NCBI GenBank assembly: GCA_018985225.1
Contig: JADGIF010000500.1
Coordinates: 1-7,546, forward strand
DNA: 7,546 nucleotides
Reading direction: 5' to 3'
Source of the DNA: Amoeboradix gromovi X-113
Lineage: Eukaryota > Fungi > Sanchytriomycota
Shown: in pieces, positions 7,264-7,546 of the stretch
How positions within the stretch are numbered: the stretch's first letter is position 1
Layout: each line of letters starts with the position of its first letter
The notes under the pieces: model-generated
Databases searched by the model: none
What the model saw: the letters and a program-made list of their open reading frames with translations, nothing else
What the model was told of the DNA's origin: nothing
Position numbers and translations under genes: made by a program

Positions 7264-7269
7264 AATAAA
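7264..7269 (+). terminator. Putative polyadenylation signal AATAAA for CTP1
   Basis: AATAAA 41 nt after the TAG stop. Confidence 0.3.
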
Positions 7270-7459
7270 CAAATTCCAGCTACTTTTCTACTGCATTATT
7301 GAGAATTCCATCATCTGAATTGATCACGCTTATTGAAAAATAGAGTTTACACAAGTCGAGATTAACGGTTTGGTATTTTCTTTTGGGAACAATATAAATT
7401 TATTGTAAATAATCTCTAGTTAAATTTCAGGACTGTGGTAATTAGGACCATGGAGACAT

Positions 7460-7546
7460 ATGGGACATGCTCTGTAAAAACTAGACTAGGGGTAAAAAGC
7501 GAGTGACGAGATTTACCCAGTTGAAATTTTCACAGTAGTGTCCCAT
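7460..7546. repeat. Long imperfect inverted repeat (hairpin) running to the window edge; possible DNA transposon/MITE terminus
   Basis: Near-concentric stems: ATGGGACA 7460-7467 / TGTCCCAT 7539-7546; CTGT-A-AAAA 7472-7480 / TTTT-C-ACAG 7527-7535; ACT 7485-7487 / AGT 7519-7521; GGGTAAA 7490-7496 / TTTACCC 7512-7518. Dyad centres fall at 7503-7504. Confidence 0.65.

Noticed and set aside
1-7546. Alternative nuclear genetic code (TGA=Trp or TAA/TAG=Gln) to explain the in-frame stops at 50-52 and 665-667
   Set aside because: The four intact ORFs (~1,470 codons) have no internal stops. All 15 Trp codons I count are TGG, and the genes end in TAA/TAG at expected positions.

Overview
AT-rich eukaryotic (fungal-like) nuclear DNA with tightly packed, apparently intron-free genes. 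Three conserved genes are clear: the 5'-3' exoribonuclease XRN2/Rat1 (minus, 4052-6364), the mitochondrial citrate carrier CTP1/SLC25A1 (plus, 6404-7222, head-to-head with XRN2 across only 39 bp) and a divergent PRELI/Ups-family mitochondrial lipid-transfer protein (minus, 3476-3958). The left third looks accessory. It holds the stop-interrupted 3' end of a probable DNA-transposase-like gene (2-280), a PPPDE/DeSI-type peptidase whose likely catalytic His lies upstream of the annotated ATG and behind an in-frame TGA (641-1153), and an orphan, probably secreted protein (2005-2823). The window ends inside an ~87-nt imperfect hairpin (7460-7546), possibly a transposon/MITE end. The standard genetic code is supported. 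I found no clearly new multi-gene system. The best leads are the TGA-interrupted PPPDE gene, the miniaturised XRN2 lacking most of its tower region, the 39-bp divergent promoter and the terminal hairpin. Family comparisons are from memory, not searches.
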